Source: Thermoplasmatales archaeon (GTDB lineage: Archaea; Thermoplasmatota; E2; UBA202; JdFR-43). Taken from it: DNA of 64,000 nucleotides. Positions 20,022-29,775 of the stretch are shown here, piece after piece. Numbering within the stretch: position 1 is the first letter of the stretch; each line of letters starts with the position of its first letter. The DNA lies in NCBI GenBank assembly GCA_014361195.1, contig JACIWA010000002.1, positions 4,310 to 68,309 of the forward strand, in the 5' to 3' direction. Position numbers and translations under genes: made by a program. The notes under the pieces are model-generated. The model was not told where the DNA came from. It was given only the letters and a program-made list of their open reading frames with translations, and searched no databases.

Positions 20022-20496
20022 TTTTTTCCCTCCTGAAAAGAGTTAAAACCCCTGCAATTGCGGAAAAAAGTATTGTAGCCTCCCCAAGAGTGTCATACCC
20101 CCTATAATCAAAAACAACGCTTGTAACCGCATTATCTGCTCCAGTTTCCTTTACCGCACCATAAACCCAAAAAATTTTTTTATAGGGAAGCTCATCTTCA
20201 CCTATTTCATCAACTGTTTCATTATTTAAAATTATTTTTATTCTTCCTTCATCAAAGTAAAATTTGAAATAAGCTATCGAAATATTATTTATCCCTTCCT
20301 GCAAAATTTTTTCTTCATTATCCACTGAAAAAATTAGTTCTCCATTGTTCCTTTCTATCTTAATTTCAGATGCTTTCCCAATTATCCTGTCATCCATCTC
20401 CGTGTTCTGTGGCTTTCCAAAGTCTCTCATTTCATATGCTGAAAAAAAGAGGAATAAAATAAATATTACAAAAGCAACAATTGCTACTTTCCTCAT
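20014..20496 (-). CDS. mbhE: Mbh subunit E with ~70-aa insertion
   Basis: ETGADNAVTSVVFDYRGYDTLGEATILF. Confidence 0.88.
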   Translation of the reverse strand: MRKVAIVAFVIFILFLFFSAYEMRDFGKPQNTEMDDRIIGKASEIKIERNNGELIFSVDNEEKILQEGINNISIAYFKFYFDEGRIKIILNNETVDEIGEDELPYKKIFWVYGAVKETGADNAVTSVVFDYRGYDTLGEATILFSAIAGVLTLFRREKNE

Positions 20497-20747
20497 TTTT
20501 CATCCTCCATTCTCTTTGTCGCTTTTATCGCCATTATCATTAAAGCGGTAGTAAGGCAGGCTCCAACACCCGCTTCTGCTATTGCAACATCTGGAGCATG
20601 AAGAATGTAAAAATATAGGGATAGCAATAGGCTCATAACCGCGAGAGAAATTACGCTTGCAAGCAGATCTTTAAACCATATTGCTATTATTGCTGATGAG
20701 ATAGTTGAAATTGAAAGAAGAATTATAATTATTTCAAACATGCTCAT
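20493..20747 (-). CDS. mbhD: Mbh subunit D (DUF4040)
   Basis: DLL, APDVAIAEAGVG; start at 20747 or 20741. Confidence 0.88.
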   Translation of the reverse strand: MSMFEIIIILLSISTISSAIIAIWFKDLLASVISLAVMSLLLSLYFYILHAPDVAIAEAGVGACLTTALMIMAIKATKRMEDEK

Positions 20748-21090
20748 TTTTCCCCTCCAGATCATCAACAATCGCTTTTTTTGGCTTTACCCCGCTTTTA
20801 TGAGCAGCTCTTGCTATTGCATGTGCTCCTGTTGGATTTGTAAGAAGTATTGCTATTAAAGCAAAGAAGGAATGTATTGATATTATGATCATGCTTGCAT
20901 AGCCAATATACCATTTCCATAAACCATAGACAATTGATGCCAGGCAAATGAATATGCTTCCAAAAGTTGTGCATTTTGTCCCTGCATGAAGACGAGTATA
21001 TACATCTGGGAAACGAATTAATCCAATAGATGCAAGTAAATTAAATATTATTCCTATTGCAAGGAATACATATATTATTTCCCATATCAT
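20734..21090 (-). CDS. mbhC: Mbh subunit (MrpG/MnhG-like)
   Basis: RFPDVYTRLHA.TK, P.GAHAIARAA. Confidence 0.9.
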   Translation of the reverse strand: MIWEIIYVFLAIGIIFNLLASIGLIRFPDVYTRLHAGTKCTTFGSIFICLASIVYGLWKWYIGYASMIIISIHSFFALIAILLTNPTGAHAIARAAHKSGVKPKKAIVDDLEGKNEHV

Positions 21091-21344
21091 ATTTTTCCTC
21101 CTTCAAGATATTTTGCTATGAATAGGGTTGTGATATAGGAAAGCAATGCATAAACTATTGCAACATCAATATATATTACATCTTCATTTGCCACCCCAAA
21201 TAAAATCATGCCAGATATTACAAGAGTATTTATTGTATCAAGTCCTACTACTCTATCTGGGATTGTTGGGCCGAGTAAAACTCTTATCATCGCTATTGCA
21301 ATCGATACGAATAGCATCACGAGAGAAAGCATGAACACATTCAT
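21087..21344 (-). CDS. mbhB: Mbh subunit (MrpF/MnhF-like)
   Basis: GPTIPDRVVGLD, YIDVA; ATGA overlap with mbhA. Confidence 0.9.
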   Translation of the reverse strand: MNVFMLSLVMLFVSIAIAMIRVLLGPTIPDRVVGLDTINTLVISGMILFGVANEDVIYIDVAIVYALLSYITTLFIAKYLEGGKI

Positions 21345-21844
21345 TCTCCTATCCTCCTTGCCCATTCAGGGAAATTTGAGCAAATTGGTTTATAATCACG
21401 AGGCATTTTTTCTAAAACTTTTTCATCAACATTTATCCAATGTACATAAAGATTTTTTTCATCATCAATGTCAACGCTTAATGTGCCAGGCGTTAGGGTG
21501 ATTGAGTTTGCCAATATTGTTATTGATAAATCACTTTTTAGTTTCGGAGATATTTTTACTATTCCAGGATTTATTTTTCCTGTTATAACACGATATGCAA
21601 CATCAAGGTTTGCCTTTGCCATTTCATAGAAAAAGCGAGGCAAATAGGCGATAATAAATGCCCATCTTTTTGGGTTCGCAAGCTTAAATTCTTTTACAAA
21701 AATTTTTCTTGCTATAAAACCACATATCAATGAAAAAATTACGCCCGCTATTATCTCATCAATCCCCCAAATTGAGCCACTATATGTGAGCAAAAGCCAA
21801 ATTATAAAGGTAAATATGGAGGTTGCTATGAACGCCCGCATCAA
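21341..21844 (-). CDS. mbhA: Mbh subunit (MrpE/MnhE-like)
   Basis: AN.DVA, PGIV, LANSITLTPGTL, LYVHWI. Confidence 0.9.
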   Translation of the reverse strand: MMRAFIATSIFTFIIWLLLTYSGSIWGIDEIIAGVIFSLICGFIARKIFVKEFKLANPKRWAFIIAYLPRFFYEMAKANLDVAYRVITGKINPGIVKISPKLKSDLSITILANSITLTPGTLSVDIDDEKNLYVHWINVDEKVLEKMPRDYKPICSNFPEWARRIGE

Positions 21845-21877
21845 AAGGGATATATGAATTGTATATTTAAAAATTTC

Positions 21878-23917
21878 TTAAAAATGAATTTTGATTAAAG
21901 AATCTTGGAAAAATTTTAAAATTCTTGAAAGTAATTTAAGGGTTTTACTCATCTGCATTCTAACAGGGAGTGAATCTGACCACTCGCTAACAGCACCGTG
22001 CTCATCTTTTGCTCTAACCCTTACAATGTAATTTCCTGATCTCTCCCATGTATGGATTGCGGTGGCTGTTGCCCCACTTTCAAATGGACCAACTTGAGTA
22101 ATTGCTCCATCTCCCCAATCAAATATGTAGTAGATTTTATCTCCATCTGGATCTGTAGTTGAAGTTTGATAAGTGTATTCTTTTTTTATCTTTACACTTG
22201 TTTCTCCAATTGGTCTATCGGGTTTATTTGGTGGCAGAGAAGGTACTCTTAAAATTAAAGTAGGATCCCCAAAGCATTCCCATTCAAGAACTGTTTTATA
22301 ATCCAAAACTTGTTTCATTCTATAGGTTTGTATGTAACTATTGATTGGCCTAGTCCACATTTCACCTAAAGATGTGGCGCCGTTTTTATAAGCTTTAAAA
22401 GTCTCAATTACTATACCTTCATTAAGGCCTTTTGTAACATCTTTACCAACATAGCTCCAGCCCAAGCCAGTTGCCCCAAAAGATGCTATACCCCCACCAT
22501 TTGGATTTTTAAGCCATGCATAGGAAAAACAACTCTTATCTTTGTTGAACTTGCTAATACTACATGCGCCGGTTATAACTATAGGGAGCTTTTCTCCATT
22601 TCTTAGCAATTCTATATCAAAGCTTAAATACCCTCCTGTTGGTTTTGGAAGCCATGTTTCTTCATCATTGTAAGGATGAGTTGCCCATATATTTGTATTT
22701 CCGTGTCCAGAAAAATGAATAAATCCCGCACCAGAATTTATAGCATTATTTAATGGCCCTTTCGTAGCTAGGTTATCCTCAGATACCCATACTTTAGTTG
22801 ATGTAAAATCACTCATTAAATTAATAACATATTTATTCGCATATTCTCCCTCTAGCACATCATTTCCAGTAAAACTGTCACCACCTACTGCTATCAGATG
22901 TTTAAACCACTCTTGTGAGTATGCGTTGCTGTTTTCATAGTTGATTATTTTATTGACAATTGTTGCAAGTTCATTGCTATCAATACAAGGTATTCTGGCT
23001 AGATGGACATCGGGGTACAAATCCAGTTCATCATCTGTTGGACCCCAATTTATCTCTGCAAAAACATTGTTTTTATTTGTATCCCAGCTAGAGAAAGTAC
23101 CGTCCCCGCTATAGATATCAGCATAGTAAAGATCTGATACAAATATCTCATTATCATTTTCATATCTAACATGAACTTCTCTCGATGGCACATTTGAACC
23201 AACAAGTAAAACACTATAAGTATTCCAGTTCTCAACGGCATTTTTAATGAAGTACTTTATCTGTTCCGCACTATCTCTTCCTTGTCTGTTAAAATATCTT
23301 CCGCTTGATATATCATTTAATTTTAAAACTTTTGTAGAAATTCTGCTTTTATGATTAACAAAATTTTGTAAGCTATTTGCAAAAGCATCTTCGCATATAA
23401 TTACAAAATTGTAAATGTCATCTGTTTCTAAATTAATAAGTAAATTATAGTTTATATTTATCTCTATCTCACTGCACCATTCAACAATCTTATCTTCCTT
23501 TCGGTACCTCGCCGGATATACATCTATGCTTAAAAATACCGCTCTTTCATTTCCATTCAAGCCGGTGTGAACAGAGTAACTAAATCATTTGTCTGGATAA
23601 ATTTTACTCAACAGCTCCGTATTTTTTGTTACTAATTTCCCTGCAACGTTTGCACCTGGTGTTGGTTTTATTTCTGTTTTAAAAGGATAGACAAATTTTC
23701 TCGTATACATTGGTAAGATTGGCTTACCTTGAGACATCAAATAGGTGTTTGTCTCGCCAAAATCTATACTTATGTAATCGTTTTCTTCTCTTATCTGTGA
23801 CTCAGAGAACTCTACTTTTATCCTTTCTATGCTTGTTTTTTCTGATGGCATAGCAAATGCATATACTCCACTAAAAACCAGCATTCCCACCGCCAAAGCC
23901 GCTGTTAATCTTTTCAC
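21878..23917 (-). pseudogene. secreted C25 peptidase (propeptide + catalytic + PKD) interrupted by one in-frame TGA
   Basis: GTG at 23917 starts signal peptide MKRLTAALAVG; ...IYPDK*FSYSVHTGLNG continues in the same frame (TGA 23585-23587); SGHG/GAC dyad, FGDP and PKD (DWGDG) intact. Confidence 0.8.
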
Positions 23918-24395
23918 ATTTTCCCTCTTTGCTTCATAATAGTAAATTATTATATAAAATTGTTTCTCTATTTGGATGAAGTATATCGCATCTATCAAAT
24001 CTCCCAACGCATTAGCTAGGTTTGTTGGATTTTACACTAATTGTCCTTCCAGGAAAAACTCCTTACCCTTATATAGCTCTTTAGCAAGAACATAGTTAAT
24101 TATGAGCCCTGCCTTCATCTCTCCTTCCAGATTATTTCTCAATAATATGGAAAATATTTGCTGAGTAAAAAATTGAAGAAACCAAAGGAATTAATTATTT
24201 TCATTTTCTCAACCATAAAAGCATTTCTGTAATTTTTTCCAATGAATAGGAATATTTTTGCTCGCATTTCCAACAGCCTCACATCTCAACAGGGACATTT
24301 ATTTTTTTTAAAATGAAAAAGAGTTATAAATATCAGAGAATGTATGAAGAATCAAATTTACATAAAATTTTTAAACTAATTGGTATATTCTACGC

Positions 24396-25574
24396 ATGAA
24401 AAAAATCGCCCTGATTTTATTTGGAATATTAATTTTTGGAAATGTTTACGGAGGAATTTTTAGCGGTGACGGAAAATTTGTTATTCAATGGGAAAAAAGC
24501 TACGGTAGCATATGGTGGTGGTCCGCCCGCTATGAGGGGCCCCAGCCTGTTGGGGATGCGGATAATGATGGGAAAAATGAGTTGCTTATAGGGGGAAGAG
24601 ATCCTTTCATGAGAGTTATGAAGTGGGATGAGAGAAGGGGCACATATTATGAGCAGGCGAGAATTATTGACCCTGTTTTTGGGATTGGCTACACCTTATT
24701 TGGCATTCCTCAGCCATTTGGCTCAGCAACTGGATTTTGTATAGAGGATATAGACAATGACGGAAAAAATGAAATAGGAGTTGCATGGGGTCGCCACTTC
24801 TCATTTTTCAAGTGGAATGGATTTAAATATAAAAAAGAAGGAATGTATGTTGTTTATGAAGGACAGAGATGGGGAACAACTCTTGATTGCATAGTGGGAG
24901 ATTATGACAATGATGGAATAAATGAAGTTATAGTTACAGGAGGATTCAATAATGCTCCTTCGCTTGTTGCTATAAGATGGGATGGGAATAAATTTGTTGA
25001 AGAAACAAAATGGGGAAATGAAGCAATATATTTCCCATGGATTGCGGACGTAGATAATGACGGGAAAAATGAAGTTATTGTTGGCCATGGTCGCGAGCTA
25101 GTTGTGCTTAAATGGGATGGGGAAAAGTTTGTATCTCATACAATAGAAAAGTTCCAGTATCAAGTTTTTGGATGTGTTGCAAAGGACAGCAATTTGGATG
25201 GAATAAATGAAATACATGTAACTTTCTATACCCCTCGTCTTTGCATTTATAAATGGAATGGGGTTGCATATGAAAAAATATTTGATGCTTTTTGGCAGGG
25301 TGAAGAAGACACAATAGAGGCAATAGATGTTGGAAATGTTGATAAAGATGAGATGCCAGAAGTTTGTGTAGGAACAGATAAAGTTCATATTTTGCAATGG
25401 AATGGAAATAAATATGAGGAGGAATATTTAATAAACGATACCTATGGTCTGCTTGCGGTAACATGTGTAGGGGATTTTGATAATGATGGAATGAATGAAA
25501 TAAATGCGGGTGCGGTTGGAGTAAGCGCTGGCAAGGATTATAAAGCCTGGATATTTAAGTATTCGGGCCTGTAG
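24396..25574 (+). CDS. secreted FG-GAP/VCBS-repeat beta-propeller protein
   Basis: Signal peptide; about seven D.D.DG.NE-type repeats. Confidence 0.85.
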   Translation: MKKIALILFGILIFGNVYGGIFSGDGKFVIQWEKSYGSIWWWSARYEGPQPVGDADNDGKNELLIGGRDPFMRVMKWDERRGTYYEQARIIDPVFGIGYTLFGIPQPFGSATGFCIEDIDNDGKNEIGVAWGRHFSFFKWNGFKYKKEGMYVVYEGQRWGTTLDCIVGDYDNDGINEVIVTGGFNNAPSLVAIRWDGNKFVEETKWGNEAIYFPWIADVDNDGKNEVIVGHGRELVVLKWDGEKFVSHTIEKFQYQVFGCVAKDSNLDGINEIHVTFYTPRLCIYKWNGVAYEKIFDAFWQGEEDTIEAIDVGNVDKDEMPEVCVGTDKVHILQWNGNKYEEEYLINDTYGLLAVTCVGDFDNDGMNEINAGAVGVSAGKDYKAWIFKYSGL

Positions 25575-25637
25575 CCTAGCGGAAAAGGCGGCAGCCTTCG
25601 GAGCTGCAGATCAAGGGTTCAAATCCCTTCAGGCCCG
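25565..25637 (+). tRNA. tRNA-Arg(UCG)
   Basis: Acceptor GGGCCTG/CAGGCCC, anticodon arm GCAGC-ctTCGga-GCTGC, T arm AAGGG-TTCAAAT-CCCTT; no encoded CCA. Confidence 0.95.
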
Positions 25638-25911
25638 TAGAAGAGATGGATTTTTGCTTTCCATTTTATTAAATTCACGGTGCTTTAAAAGCAAATTTTT
25701 TTCCCATAAATTTAGATTTTCATTAAACTTAAAGTTTTATAAGTGGATGCCAAAAACAGGTGAAAAAGAGAAAGATGCGGAAGAAAAAAGGAGAGAAAAA
25801 TCTTTTCTTCATAATATCTCCTTATTTGGTATCATTTTATTATCTCCAAAAGGCCGCATAGTGGTGTTTTATTCCTCCTAATAGGCCTATTATTTTTTCA
25901 TAGCATCAATT

Positions 25912-26532
25912 TTGTATGTAAAGGGCGAGTTAAAGCGTATAGAGGCTCTTACAATGGCTCTGATATGGATCTACATTCTTTTAATTTATATTTCTTTCCC
26001 GTTTATTGTATGGTACTATAAAATACTTATAGTGATTTTTATGATATTGGGTTTAATAATGGCTTTAGCTTCTTATCGCCTTTTTAAAAAATATATGGAT
26101 TTAAAATTTGCATCTGTTTCGGCAGCTTCAGTAGTGATATATATCATTGTGGATTCCTTTCATCTCTACACGTTCCTTAATTTGGATGAAAATGTTGCAT
26201 TCTGGTTTTTTGGTGCAGTATTTCAGGGTTTTTCAGTGTTACTAGGAGCATTTAGTATATTTTTATTAAGAGAAGGAGAAACTATCGTACGAGAGGAAAC
26301 TCGAGAGAAGCTGGTAGAATATTTTTTACCTTCTGTACCCTACATTGTGGTAATACTCTTTATTTCAGTTGTATGTCTCCCTTTTTCACCGGTTTTAGTA
26401 ACAAAAAACCAGTCTTTACTCCTTACGATAATTATTGTATCTATTTTACTGTCGATCTTGACAATCATAGGATTTTTTGGAATTTTTTGGTCGATATTTA
26501 AAGAATATTTTATTAAAGAATCTCAAAAGTAA
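25912..26532 (+). CDS. multi-TM hypothetical membrane protein, probably 5'-truncated by frameshift(s)
   Basis: About six TM segments; an upstream frame (LIWYHFII...VLFLLIGLL) joins through a frameshift at the T-run 25893-25898. Confidence 0.5.
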   Translation: MYVKGELKRIEALTMALIWIYILLIYISFPFIVWYYKILIVIFMILGLIMALASYRLFKKYMDLKFASVSAASVVIYIIVDSFHLYTFLNLDENVAFWFFGAVFQGFSVLLGAFSIFLLREGETIVREETREKLVEYFLPSVPYIVVILFISVVCLPFSPVLVTKNQSLLLTIIIVSILLSILTIIGFFGIFWSIFKEYFIKESQK

Positions 26533-26562
26533 TTTTTACCTTAAATATGGAGTTTTTTTTAT

Positions 26563-27147
26563 TCAGCGAAATGCTATTAGACAGCATATAAAGATATATA
26601 AATATATCATCAGAAACAAAAGATAGAGATGATTTTGTTTTAATTTTTTGACGAAAACAAGCAAATTTTCCCTAAATATTATCGGAATTAAAAAGACTGT
26701 AACCATTGAGAAAGTAACGAGTTTATTATCCCAGAGATAGATTATAAAAAAATTGTGAAGTGAATGAAGGAAAATTGCTACTGGTTACATAGTAAAATGG
26801 GGTAAATAGAATAGGTGATGTGGATTAAAGCATTTAATAAAATAAAAACCTCCAACTATGATAAGAAAAGAAAATTGCAAATTATTCTGGATATAAGGCA
26901 TTTCTCTTAGATATCTTAACCTGAAAATTTTATTAAAATCAATTATAAAAATTGACCAGTAGCCAATCATTTTTAAGCTTTCTTCAACTATTGGAGATAT
27001 AATTACTATAAACACCGGCAAAAGATTTTCTAAGATATTGTTTATCAAGCAGACGATAAGGAAGACGATTAAACCTATACAAACAATCATTGCATAAAAA
27101 AGAATTTTTCTTTCTCTCAGCGAAAGTCTAAAAGATGTTTTCCTCAT
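26563..27147 (-). pseudogene. PrsW-like intramembrane glutamic protease, disrupted
   Basis: PIVEESLK motif; after in-frame TAA (26785-26787) the frame continues PVAIFLHSLHNFF to TGA at 26563; central family motifs appear to be missing. Confidence 0.55.
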
Positions 27148-27212
27148 TATATTTAAGAGATAAAAACATTTGCTTCACCAATAAAATTAAAACATTCTCC
27201 TCATTACATAAT

Positions 27213-28238
27213 ATGGCTCTTGTTCTTGGTGCGGGGAAGATGGGAAGGGCAATTGCATATGATCTAATGAAGCAAGGTATAGATGTCAGGATATGCGATA
27301 TAAGGGAAGCGAATATAAAGAATTTTTTTAAAATGAATGTGAGAAATGAGGAAGATTTGGAAAGGGAAATGAAGAAGGAAGATATTGCAATAAGTGCTCT
27401 TCCTTATGATTTCAATTACAAAATTGCAAAAATTGCAATAAAAACAAAGACAGATTTTCTTGATTTAGGAGGAAATAGTGAAATCGTAAAAAAGGAGTTA
27501 ATGCTTGATGATAAAGCTAAAAAAGAGGGAATAAGTATAATACCTGACTGCGGGCTTGCTCCAGGAATGACAAATATAATTGCTTATCATATATGGAATA
27601 ATTCAAAAGAGGTGCATATTAGGGTTGGTGGCTTGCCTCAAAAACCAAGAGGAGCTCTAAAATATTCCCTATTTTTCTCGGTTCATGGGCTCTTAAATGA
27701 ATATATAGAGGATTCAATAATAATAAGAGATGGGAAAGTTTGCAGAGTTAAATCTCTTAGTGGAGTAGAAAAAATTCATTTTAGAGGATTTAAAAATTTA
27801 GAGGCATTTTATACCCATGGAGGCACATCAACTTTGCTTGAAACAATGAAAGGCGTAAGGGATTTAGATTATAAAACAATAAGATATAGAGGGCATGCAG
27901 AAAAAATCAGGGTTTTGAAGGAATTAGGTTTTTTTGAAAAATCCGCAAGAAAATTTACAGAAAAAATTCTTGAGAAAACCCTTTCCAAAGATGAAAAGGA
28001 TGTTGTTCTCGCTAGAATATATACTGAAAACAATTCTGCGGAGCTTCTGGATTATTATGATGAAAAAGAAAATTTTTCCGCAATGGCAAGGACAACTGGT
28101 TTTTCAACATCGATAATTGCAAAGATGGTCATTAATGGAGAAATAGAAAAAGGAGCTAAACCGCCGGAGCTTGCGGTAGATGGAAATAAATTTTTAAAGG
28201 AATTGAAGAAAAGAAGAATAATCTGGGAAATTACATGA
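27213..28238 (+). CDS. saccharopine dehydrogenase / lysine 6-dehydrogenase family
   Basis: LGAGKMG, DLGGN, DCGLAPG, VGGLP, EAF.T.GG.ST, YKTIRY.GH, AMARTTGF; start uncertain. Confidence 0.88.
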   Translation: MALVLGAGKMGRAIAYDLMKQGIDVRICDIREANIKNFFKMNVRNEEDLEREMKKEDIAISALPYDFNYKIAKIAIKTKTDFLDLGGNSEIVKKELMLDDKAKKEGISIIPDCGLAPGMTNIIAYHIWNNSKEVHIRVGGLPQKPRGALKYSLFFSVHGLLNEYIEDSIIIRDGKVCRVKSLSGVEKIHFRGFKNLEAFYTHGGTSTLLETMKGVRDLDYKTIRYRGHAEKIRVLKELGFFEKSARKFTEKILEKTLSKDEKDVVLARIYTENNSAELLDYYDEKENFSAMARTTGFSTSIIAKMVINGEIEKGAKPPELAVDGNKFLKELKKRRIIWEIT

Positions 28239-29082
28239 ATATTCTTCTATACTCCTCAACAGTATCCTCAAAAAATTTTTTAACCCCTTCCTGAGTTTTT
28301 TGATGGAAAATCATCTCCTTTAAAACATTGAATGGAATTGTTGCTATATCTATTCCTATTTCCGCTATTTCCCTAACCTGGCGGGCATTTCTTATACTGG
28401 CCGCAATTATTTTTGTTTTAAAATTATACGCCTTATATATATTTGCTATACTTTTTATCACTTCAACACCGCTGTACAATCCATTATCAGAAAAATATGC
28501 TCCAGCTTTCTTCTTATATAATTCAGGTATATTCCCCTCCATTTCAAGCATCTTTTCTTCAACCCTTTTAATCATATTGTAATCATAATAATCCCACTTC
28601 CCATACTTTATTCCAAGCTTATCTCTTATATAATCATCAATTCTCCCAACAAACGGGCTGACATAGCTTGCTCCCGCCCTCGCAACCAGCAGGGCCTGGG
28701 TCGGGCTCATAACAAGCGTCGCATTTGTTCTTATTCCCTCTTCTTCAAGCCTCTTTATTGCTTTTATTCCTTCAAATGGCTCATCATTTGATGTAGAAAT
28801 TGGAATCTTTATCACAACATTACCTTTTTCATTAAATTTTTTATCCAAAATCTTTGCCTCCTTCACCATCTCATCTTCCTTAAATCCCTTTACTTCCAAG
28901 CTCACTGGTCCATCCACAATTCTGCAAATTTCCCTTATATATTCTTCCATCTCCATCTTATCTTTGAATTTTTCAAAAGCTATCTTAATTAGGGTAGGAT
29001 TTGTAGTTACTCCATCAACAATGCCCCACTTTTTTGCCTCCTTTATTTCATCTATATCAGCGGTATCAATAAATATTTTCAT
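28231..29082 (-). CDS. tal: transaldolase / fructose-6-phosphate aldolase family, with internal insertion
   Basis: IFIDTAD, GVTTNPT, VIKIP, YVSPFVGRIDD, AASIR. Confidence 0.88.
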   Translation of the reverse strand: MKIFIDTADIDEIKEAKKWGIVDGVTTNPTLIKIAFEKFKDKMEMEEYIREICRIVDGPVSLEVKGFKEDEMVKEAKILDKKFNEKGNVVIKIPISTSNDEPFEGIKAIKRLEEEGIRTNATLVMSPTQALLVARAGASYVSPFVGRIDDYIRDKLGIKYGKWDYYDYNMIKRVEEKMLEMEGNIPELYKKKAGAYFSDNGLYSGVEVIKSIANIYKAYNFKTKIIAASIRNARQVREIAEIGIDIATIPFNVLKEMIFHQKTQEGVKKFFEDTVEEYRRIFM

Positions 29083-29115
29083 GATTTGGAAAAAATAAAA
29101 AAGATATATATTTTG

Positions 29116-29775
29116 TTATTTCAAGTGTTTTTTCCTTTCCTCGGTTTGATATTTTTCTGGATTTTCCAGATAATCTGATATTAATTCATATTCCTCCTCA
29201 CTCATCTCTTCCCTCAACCATTCAATATTATCCTTGAATTTTATAAGCGAATGAATTTTTACTCCATATTTATTTGCTGTTTCCTCCGCTCCCTGTTGCC
29301 TATCTATTATAACCGCAACATTCTCACATTTAATTTTGCAATTTCTTTTCTTTGCCTCTTCTTCAAGCTGTTTTATTGCATTTAACTTGCTGTCAAATTT
29401 TGTTACAACATCGTCAATCGCTATGAAATTATCTCCATCTTTTATTTCCCCCTCAACCAAAGAATGTTCTCCATAGCTTGCAGAATCTTTTCTTGTATAG
29501 CACATAGGTAGCATTGAATGCAGGCTAACAGAAGTTGCTATAGGTATGCCCGCCATTGCTATGCCCAGGATTTTATTCCCTTTTCCTTTTATTTTCTCCG
29601 CTATTAATTTTCCAGAAAAATTCAGTAAATCAGGATGGGAAGGAAGATTTCTGAACTGAATATAGAATGGTGACCAAATTCCAGATAAAAGAATCCACCC
29701 TTCAGGCCTGTCTCTTTTCCATGTTTTTATAAGTCCTCTTTTGTAAAATTCTATGAAAATTTCTCTTTCATTCAA
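29116..29775 (-). CDS. pyrE: orotate phosphoribosyltransferase (divergent)
   Basis: LLSG.WSPFY, RK...YG....EG, PRPP loop IDDVVT, IIDRQQG; coupled to pyrF. Confidence 0.8.
   Translation of the reverse strand: MNEREIFIEFYKRGLIKTWKRDRPEGWILLSGIWSPFYIQFRNLPSHPDLLNFSGKLIAEKIKGKGNKILGIAMAGIPIATSVSLHSMLPMCYTRKDSASYGEHSLVEGEIKDGDNFIAIDDVVTKFDSKLNAIKQLEEEAKKRNCKIKCENVAVIIDRQQGAEETANKYGVKIHSLIKFKDNIEWLREEMSEEEYELISDYLENPEKYQTEERKKHLK

Noticed and set aside
5133-23587. Two in-frame TGAs at Trp-like positions (5133, 23585) suggesting UGA=Trp recoding
   Set aside because: TGA ends many intact genes (ATGA overlaps throughout the mbh operon), Trp is encoded by TGG elsewhere, and the permease has additional frameshifts
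23950-24300. Coding-like minus-strand fragments (MKAGLIINYVLAKELY...)
   Set aside because: Multiple stops and no recognisable family; the ORF-track start at 24007 is a spurious extension of the C25 gene
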